NCBI GenBank assembly: GCA_951406725.2
Contig: OX597814.1
Coordinates: 88,412,001-88,476,000, forward strand
Length of the DNA stretch: 64,000 nt
Direction of reading: 5' to 3'
From: Octopus vulgaris
Taxonomy: Eukaryota
The translations under genes were made by a program, and so were the position numbers. Of the stretch, positions 55,400-64,000 are shown in pieces. The notes beneath the pieces are model-generated. The model worked only from the letters and a program-made list of their open reading frames with translations, searched no databases and was not told the origin of the DNA. Every line of letters starts with the position of its first letter. Positions within the stretch are counted from its first letter, which is position 1.

Positions 55400-55539
55400 A
55401 TAGTTAACACTTAAACTACAAACGGTGTTAATTTTCAATATCATATACATATTTTACTTTTGTTTGGTTAGATAAAGGTGATAAAGAAATAAAAGTTTCA
55501 GAAAGTTTTGTGGGCAATATACTGCTATAAGCTGAATTT

Positions 55540-56000
55540 TGCTTCAATGGTGGATTGGGTGAAATTGTAGAGATGCTGGGACAAAGTCAAGTAATGTTGT
55601 GTTACAGGTAATCATAGGCAAGGAATAAAGATATAATTTCTTTTAATGGATAACAGAAACATGATAGGTGGAGTAGGCATACTGCTAGCAGATATATAGA
55701 TAATCAAGGTAATTGAGGCAGATTGATTTACGCAATGGGAAAATTAAGCTTAGGCTAGTTTTAGACACGGCAGTGACATTCATCTCTGCTTATGCGCAAC
55801 AGGATTATGAACGATTACGAGATCTTTCAACAGCCTACCTCTAATATGAATGGTAGTGACCTCACCACCATGGCTGGTGACTTTAATGAATAAGTTAGGC
55901 AATATTTTGTGGTATACATGGGTTATATAGCTATGGTGCCAAAGAATAAGGAGGAAACATGGCTCCTGGAATACTATGATGCAAATGGCTAAACAGTACT
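55540..56000 (+). mobile_element. Degraded LINE AP-endonuclease fragment (a similar minus-strand remnant lies at ~56640-57130)
   Basis: GVGILLAD, FISAYA and AGDFN-like remnants typical of LINE endonuclease domains. Confidence 0.5.
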
Positions 56001-59000
56001 TTTTGGTTATCTCCACACGTTTTATGAGAAATATTGGTACTTTTGGTTATTTCCCTCAACTAAAAAAATTGTTTAACCCTCAATAAAAAAAAAAAGTGTA
56101 AAGATCAAACATCTTATTGAATCTGATAATATTTTTATAACAAATCATACAAAACTGAAAAGATTAATAAACATGAAAACAGAAAAAATTAAACATCTTA
56201 CTGAATCTGATAGCATTTTTATAACAAATCATACGTTGCCTATTGAGGAGGCCAAATGTCAATAATGTGCTGAAGTACTGAATCAAAAGAATTTAACTCT
56301 TTTAATCCAATCTCTTGTTTCCACAGAAACCCAATTTTTTAGAGGGGAGATTAATCCAGTTTTTTTAATGGCAATTTTTTAATGGGGGTGAAGTAACTCA
56401 TCAGCAGGTGGGCTGCCCTAATAAAAAAATTCAACGTAATTTTTTCCTTAGGTATACAATTCAGAAAGTCCCAAGTTGAAACAATTGACCCCAGTACTTA
56501 TTATAAAATCTGCTACTTATTCTGTTCCTTTTGGTGAACAGCTAAGTTACAAGGATGTAAACAAACCAGCTCAGTTGTTGAGCGGTGATGAGCAGCAAAC
56601 ACACACATGACTGGTTTATACTTTTGTTTATATGCATAAACATGCAAGTATATAGCCTCTCATCCCTTTAATATGCCTCTCACAAATCTCTCCAATCATT
56701 CACAGGTCTGTTACCTATGTCACTATTGCCTCTGTCTCTATAATTTGTACTCTTATTGCTCAACTCTTGATCACTATCTCCTCACCTCACTGTGCTATGC
56801 AGCCAATGTAACTAAGGATAGTTGTGGATCTCTTTGATTCACCATAGTTTCCAGTGTACCTAGGGATACCATAAGAACTATCTGACCCTCACTTCAACAT
56901 TCCACATCTCTCTCTCTCATCCTTATCACCCAAGCTCTCTATCTTGAGATATATACTTAAAAGACCTCATCAGATCTGTAGGTAACACATACTCTACCTA
57001 TAATCCTCACTGGCTATTTGGTATTGACATTTATAACTCACTCTCTCACCTCTATTGTTACAAGTGCTACATAAAATATACTAAGTTCACTTAGTTAAGT
57101 GTAGGGTTGTGAGGACCCTTTAGTCTTGTTAAAGATATAACAAGCTCTCTGGCACCAGTGCACTCTGTAAAGTGAATGACTTAGTAAAGGTACCAAGCCA
57201 AAGAAACCTAAGCAAAAATGCACACTCCACTCTGACCCAGTTAGGAAGCAGAAATGAAACCTTTGCATGGAAAATGGATATATGATAACAAAAATAATAA
57301 TGTTGAATATTTAATAGAGATGTAATTACAGAAGTCAACTTTCAAATCATGCATAATCTAAACACATTGATAACACTGTATAACAATTTTCTTTTTGTTT
57401 TTCTTTGGTCAGTAAGTGTTATATTCTTCTATCTAGAAATCAATGGAAATGACTACTATTCCCTTCAAACTTTGCTCTTGTGAAAATCAGTCTTCCACAC
57501 GTACACGCTTGTCCTTTCAGGCACTTAAAAAACACCTACACTGGTGCTGCATACATGCACCCATGCCAGTGGCATATAAAAAGCACTCAGCACACTCTGA
57601 AAAATGTCACATAGTTGAGTCAAGTCATCCTTTAACTAAATAAAAACTACAAGAGCTTCACACACACCAAAACCTGGAGCCAAAATCCCCAAAATTTACA
57701 CATTTCTTTTTCATCATAATTATTATAGTACAGATATTTTAATTTGATGAATATTATATGATAATTAGTGAGCAAAAACAGAAAGGATAAAGAACATCTA
57801 ATAAGAACTATATTTTGAGACAGATGCACTGCCTACAAGAAAAATCATATATTGAAATACTGCAATTCTGGATACATTATGTCAAAGAAACTCAAAATAT
57901 AACCCTGTATTAAAAAACATTTCAAAAATCAACGACACTTTCTACCACTTAAAATGGCCGCTACATGGAAATACAGGACTTAAGCTTTAGTAATCAAACA
58001 ATTTTGTAAAAACAGTACATAGACATAGTACAACAACAGGGATGATGATAATACTGTGATAGGGTGAAGATAAACTTCATTAATTTCTGTTGCCTTCAGA
58101 AGTGCAAGAAAATAACCCTTTAAGTCAGCAAAATCAATACAGTCAGTATATAGGTATATATTTTGCTTAGCAGCTTATATTACCGACTTTTACAAGGCAG
58201 GGTTTATGATTACAATTTTAGTTTCAATAATTAGAGTTGTGCCTCTATTGAGATTGAGCTTATCAACTTAATTCTATTTTAGAATAACAGATAAACTGCA
58301 CTCAGAGATCACAATTCCTATTACTGTTATAATTAGGAGTAAAAGAATAGTACTAGAAATCAACTTGATATTCGTATTTGATCAAAATGACTTTAACAGT
58401 AAATTAACAAAAATTCATTTTCGAGGTTGCTGTTATTGGTGGTGATATGGGGAAATCAACTTTCAAGTGTATTTAACAGCCTAATAACAGTTCTTGATAG
58501 CAAGTCGTTGAGGCAGAAGGTTTTCTCTTCAGCTGAAACACGTATAGTGGTTTCACAATTAATTAATCAGCAAAATGCCAAACTAATGATACTGCATGTT
58601 TTTATTTTTTAATACACAAATAAACTGTATACATTATTATTATTTGCTCGAGTTCTTGAAATATTTATTACAGCAAGTTTAGCGGTCAAGTACAAACCAC
58701 TCACTTGATTCGTATTTCTTCAACAAGTGGAAACAAAAACAAATATTCAGTGACGTATGGGCAAGATGAATGATTTACAAAAGCATTACAAAGGGAGTTT
58801 CTTTTTGTTTGTAATTAAAAAAAATTTTTAAGGCTTTCGTTTTAGTTTCAATTAAAAACTAATTGTTAAAGTGTTAGTAGTACTAAGCACATAAAGAGTC
58901 CATATATTTTATAAATCAGTTTTAGACACTGAAACTAGGCTCAAGTCTGCCTCTTAATATTGGACATGGGATTATGTCAATACATATATTTGTAAACTTC

Positions 59001-59076
59001 TGGTTTCCCAAACGCAACGTAACTCTCTTCTTTCAAACAAGTGATATCAAAATGTAACAAAAAAGTCAACACTTAC

Positions 59077-59434
59077 TGATTTGGTAAATAACAGCCAAAA
59101 TGATGAACAGTGATACAATGTGTTGGAACACAAGTGAAGGTAACTTGGAGTCATCGAAATTTTGTTGGTGTTTCTCTGTTGGATGAGAAAGATCCGGTAC
59201 TTTGCTGGACTTGTGTTGAACGTTATGCTTTAAATGAAGGTCATTGGAAGATGACAACTCCGGATCGAGATATAATCCATTTGAGACAGCAATGAATGGC
59301 ATTTGAGGAGCAGTCTGACCAGCTGAGGACTGAGAGATTCCAGCTATTACACCAATCAATAATATTAAAAGCATAGACATGGTGATAAGATCAGATCGTC
59401 TAAGAAAGGGTAAAAATGACACTAACGAAGTCAT
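59077..59434 (-). CDS. SLC9A-like Na+/H+ exchanger, first coding exon (signal-peptide-like segment, luminal linker, first TM)
   Basis: ATG at 59434 (alternative at 59380). Hydrophobic MSMLLILLIGVIAGISQS, a polar linker, then FQHIVSLFIILAVIYQI. Donor A|GTAAGT at 59076 is phase 1 and joins the 27437 exon in frame. The start codon is inferred. Confidence 0.75.
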
Positions 59435-60468
59435 TGTAAGAAAAACAAGTTTTGACACCTGAAGTGTCTTTCTACTTGGTGTACGTAAATATAAAATTAA
59501 CTCGCCCTACATATAACTAAGCAAAAATATGTTAGGAAGAAAGTTAAACTAGACTATGTGTAAGGAAAGCTAAGATATTTGACAATCTAACGAGATATCC
59601 AAATAAACTAATCACGTGTATCAAGATACAAAAGCCATATAACACGATTCCGACAACACGTGGATCCCCTGGGAACAATCAATGTGCTTCACCCATTCAC
59701 TAATAACCACAATACTTTTATTTACAACCTTTGTAGGCCATGTGGCTAACAATTGTACGCAACTTTTTAAACATCACAAAATGACTAAATAGAAATAGGT
59801 TTATTAGACTTAAAACAAATGAAATCAAATCACATCGGTCTCTCTTTCTTTATATATTTATATAATATAGTGAACAATTAAGCAAAAACACATTTATAAC
59901 TAGTTTACTAAATCGATTTATAAATATGAATGAAATGTTATTAATAAATGCTTTGTTTGGTTTTACAGAAAGGTTGAACGAATCAACACAAATAAATATA
60001 CAATACGGAGCTAGAAAAAAATCTAGCCTCTAATACATATAAACAGTAGTTGGTATTGATTTATTTCGATTTAGTAAAACACTGTGTTTATCAAGAACAG
60101 GAAAATATGCAGTATAAAATAACAAAAAAAAACATGAAACCTTATACGCATGAAATATATAAATAAATATAGCAGAGTGCGGTTAAATATTAAGGATGCA
60201 AACTGAATTTGAAAGTTTGGAAAGGAGAAAAAAAAGGAGGGGAGGGAAGGGGGAAGAAAAAAAAAACTGAAGCAAAAAGACGGCAAAGGAAGGTATCGAT
60301 GTGCTATGGTACAGAAGAATAACAAAGAGACAAGTTAAAAAGAAATATCTATAAAAGAGGGCAAGTTATATGAGGGACTATGTGATGTGTGTGTATCCTA
60401 AAAATAATATCCCTAGATACACACACGTATCACACAGACACTTTCTGGAAACATCACCATAACCTTAC

Positions 60469-60790
60469 TAGTCAGACTGCTCCTACAGTAACACATACAG
60501 CTATCGTCGGTGGTCATAGTAGAGTATTCACTTGATGGTTGGTGATAGTACTGTCTGTTGGCAACTTGAAGAAAGTACACGTGCGGATCTCCCTTAACAG
60601 GGGGTGACATACTGTGACGATTACGGCAAAACTTGAATAAAATAAAAACAACCGACAAATATGGTGTGGTATAAAGTATTCGATATGACAAGGAGGCTTC
60701 CGACTACTGGACAGTATTATGCAGCTAGTTGTTAATGTCTAAACATTAAGTATAGAACCTTAATTACACCAGCTGTACAACACTGCACAG
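60469..60790 (-). other. Putative 5' (UTR/uORF-containing) first exon of the SLC9A-like gene
   Basis: Non-repetitive, CpG-richer sequence just downstream of an NRF1 motif, with candidate donor A|GTAAGG at 60468. The 5' end is approximate. Confidence 0.45.
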
Positions 60791-60900
60791 TAGGAGCTCC
60801 TCTCGCCTCCGCGGACACTCAGTGGAGAGAGCGCATGCGCAAAAAATTGCTTCCCTCCAAGATTCCGGTTAGATATGTGTATGGAAGCACATACGCATTA
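60780..60900. promoter_or_regulatory. Probable promoter with a perfect NRF1-type palindrome GCGCATGCGC (60831-60840)
   Basis: The motif is seen directly. CpG dinucleotides are visibly more frequent around 58.4-62.5 kb than in the gene body, and the site lies 1.4 kb upstream of the first coding exon. Confidence 0.55.
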
Positions 60901-61718
60901 TAATCGAAATATTGTTTTGAAAACGTTTTAAAGTAACCGGTTAAAAGTATTAAGCAGCTTCAACTAAATCTCCAGACAAAAAGCACTGCATTCTACATGT
61001 CTCTCCATAATATCACTGTTAATGACATGATCCCCGAACAGTCTGACGCTGAAGAAATGACTGAATATTGATTGTACAATAAATGGTAATTTACATCGAG
61101 TTCAAATCCAACGGGATACTGGTGCAGGTAAATTCAATAATTCTGGATTCACTGATCTTAAATTTAATTTCAAGTGCCACCGAGGTCTGTTTTACCTTTC
61201 ATCCACGCGGGATCGATAGAAAAGTACCAATTCATGGTGCAGGTGGGTAGATGGGTGGGGCTAGTAGAAAATCTTACCAAAAACCTTGCAGTGTTCGCTC
61301 TGGCTCTTGGTGTTCTGAGTTCCAATTTCTCCATTGTTTACTTGGGTAATAGACTCAATCCGCTGCCCGTTTTATCACGACCGTGTCACATATAAGGGGC
61401 TTCTAGCGAAGGCATACCTACACAAGTATACCCCACCGATTTTATTTCCTCATAATTTTCAGAAAAATAGATATATTTTAATAAGATAGGAAAGGGACCC
61501 AAGCCCTTGCTCATTGTGCTTGGTCTGCGAGATCCCCAGCCTCACCGTATGTGATTTTTCCTAGTGGGGATATGTAAAGGATCGCGTTTATATTCCATCG
61601 CTACCCACTAATCTCGTTGGCCTTAAACGAGTCTCTGAAAATTTGACGATGATATTAGATTGAAAGTTTTCCTTGAAACGGACGTAAGATTATGTGATGT
61701 AACAGAATGTTATATAAG

Positions 61719-62497
61719 CGAGCTGGCAGAATCATTAGCACGCCGGGCGAAATGCTTAGCGGTATTTCGTCTGCTGTTACGTTCTGAGTTCAAATTCCGC
61801 CGAGGTCGACTTTGCCTTTCATCCTTTCGAGGTCGATAAATTAAGTACCTGTTACTCACAGGGGTCGATGTAATCGAATTAATCCGTTTGTCTGTCCTTG
61901 TTTGTCCTCTCTGTGTTTAGCCCCTTTTGCGTAGTAAAGAAATAGGTATTTCGTCTGCCGCTACGTTCTGAGTTTAAATTCCGCCGAGGTCGACTTTACT
62001 TTTCATCATTTCGGGGTCGATAAATTAAGTACCAGTTACGCACTGGGTTCGATGTAATCGACTTAATCCGTTTGTCTGTCCATGTTTGTCCCCTCTGTGT
62101 TTAGCCCCTTGTGGGCAGTAAAAGAAATAGGTACTTCGTCTGCCGCTACGTTCTGAGTTTAAATTCCGCCGAGGTCGACTTTACTTTTCATCATTTCGGG
62201 GTCGATAAATTAAGTACCAGTTACGCACTGGGGTCGATGTAATCGACTTAATCCGTTTGTCTGTCCATGTTTGTCCCCTCTGTGTTTAGCCCCTTGTGGG
62301 CAGTAAAGAAATAGGTATTTCGTCTGCCGCTACGTTCTTTGTTCAAATTCCGCCGAGGTCGACTTTACCTTTTATCCTTTCGGGGTCGATTAAATAAGTA
62401 CCAGTTACGCACTGGGGTCGATATAATCGACTTAATCCGTTTGTCTGTCCTTGTTTGTCCCTTCTGTGTGTAGTCCCTTATGGGCAGTAAAGAAATA
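61719..62497 (+). mobile_element. MetaSINE-type element with ~4 tandem ~183-bp internal units
   Basis: tRNA-like head GAGCTGGCAGAATC...GTTCAAATTCC and core CCTTTCATCCTTTCGGGGTCGATAAATTAAGTACC. Units restart near 61762, 61944, 62129 and 62313. Confidence 0.85.
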
Positions 62498-62537
62498 AAC
62501 ATGTTATATAAGCAAACTCTCCTGCTTTGTGTTACTA

Positions 62538-62546
62538 TGTGTGTGT

Positions 62547-62626
<80 letters not shown>
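62538..62626. repeat. (GT)n microsatellite
   Basis: About 44 GT units with one interruption. Confidence 0.97.
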
Positions 62627-62629
<3 letters not shown>

Positions 62630-63044
62630 CGTGCGTGTTTGTTTGTTATGCATTTATGTATCCATGTATGTGTGTGCACGCGCATTTGTACATTGGAAGC
62701 TGAGTCAATGAGTCGCTACTCGAAATTTTCCTTTTCCTCTTTCTCTACTCTTCTAAAGATCGGGATTGAGAAAATTCAAGTAGTGACTGACACAAATTTA
62801 GCTTTGAATACTGTATCACGCCACTCAGCTTAACAGTATTGAATACTTTCTCTCGCTTAATTGCATTTCACACAATTTATGATCAGTGAATCCAGAATTA
62901 TTGAATTTACCTGCACCAGTATCCCGTTGGATACTATCATATGTGGTGCGTGTATAATTTATGTGCTCTTACCAGATCTATTACCGATTATGTGGACCAA
63001 AAGGTTTACTGTTGTGTCCTCTGCATTACACAATAGTAATGTTT

Positions 63045-63335
63045 GTTCCTTCTCGAGCCATCCCTGGCTCATAAGGGCCGGTTTCCCGGCGTATAGGTTC
63101 CCCACCTGGACGGAATGCCGGTCTGTCGCAGGTGAGCTGCAAGATGCAGGAGGAAAGAATGAGAGAAAGTTGTGGCGTAAGAGTCAGCAGAAGTTTTGCC
63201 ATTACCTTCTGCCGGAGCTGCGTGGAGCTTAGGTGTTTCGCTCATAAGCACACACATTGCTCGGTCTGAGATTCGAACCCACGATCCCTCGACCGTGAGT
63301 CTGCCTCTCTAACCACTAGGCCATGTGCCTCCACT
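63045..63335 (-). mobile_element. Third tRNA-derived SINE family (related copies at 52465-52700, 10340-10535, 12940-13160 minus; 9545-9850, 38873-39130 plus)
   Basis: Minus strand GTGGAGGCACATGGCCTAGTGGTTAGAG...GGGTTCGAATC, with pol III A and B boxes. Confidence 0.75.
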
Positions 63336-64000
63336 CACAATAGTAATGACAGGAAACGAACTGGATTCACTAAAAAGATTAAAATGTAATAAATATCTCT
63401 CTACCCTGAAGACGAAGGCCGGATATACTTAATGTTCATATGCTTCCACTACAAGTTGCTTATCCTTGACGTTTTTGCAAACTACATCTACCAAACATTA
63501 TGAAGTAATTTCGTGAACTATGAAGTAATTCCGGAACCATGTGGCTGGGAAGCAAACTTCTTACCACATAGCCATGCCTGCGCCTATGTATATATATTTT
63601 GTATATTTTGCCTAAGTACTTTTATTTGTTTATTTGCATCATTATCTCTAAATCTGCTTACCTAGATTCCTCTTATTGCCATTCTTTACCCCATGGACTT
63701 GGTCCTCGGAAAAGGTTTCGGAGTGTAAGTTTAAATCATTTGAGCGCTACTAAGTGTTTTCTATATACAGCATCGCTGGACCTCATCTGTTGACTTTCTC
63801 TCTCTCTCGCTATATATATATATATATTATTGTTATGTGTAGTTTGGGTTCTAATGGGAAAGACAACCAATTGAAAACCATTGTTATGTTTACGTGTTTA
63901 TTATCTTTACATGTTACACGGACGACGACATTCAGCGTAGTAATACATTATATACTTTACACACAGTTTGTACTGTTCACTAACAAATAGTGCCAAGAGT

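Noticed and set aside
56107-56234. 44-bp direct duplication
   Set aside because: A simple local duplication in AT-rich intron, with no evidence of function.
61760-62497. 183-bp periodic array as CRISPR or tRNA gene cluster
   Set aside because: Whole units repeat and match the dispersed SINE core; no cloverleaf is evident.
62365-62833. ORFs with (HT)n or (CV)n runs
   Set aside because: These are translations of a GT microsatellite.

Overview
AT-rich, repeat-dense eukaryotic DNA. The SINE, LINE and microsatellite content resembles an octopus (coleoid cephalopod) genome; this is an inference from repeat families, not a database match. Most of the window is one minus-strand multi-exon gene. Six coding exons (59434-59077, 27437-27022, 23272-23019, 14810-14584, 12794-12592, 11601-11521) have canonical GT-AG sites and matching phases. 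They splice into 513 uninterrupted codons of an SLC9A/CPA1 Na+/H+ exchanger-like membrane protein; the C-terminal exons were not found and probably lie left of the window. The protein is strongly diverged at transport-critical motifs (ND->ID, the Arg equivalent to NHE1 R425 -> Thr, GGLRG->SILRG, LLPPI motif absent), so it may be a repurposed exchanger paralogue. A CpG-richer promoter region with an NRF1 palindrome lies near 60.8 kb. The introns carry RTE and CR1/L2-like LINE fragments, several tRNA-derived SINE families, a frameshifted mariner, a Sola1-like fossil, piggyBac-type MITEs (one nested), Helitron-like elements and many long inverted repeats. One ~490-bp palindrome carries hammerhead-ribozyme-like motifs on both arms.
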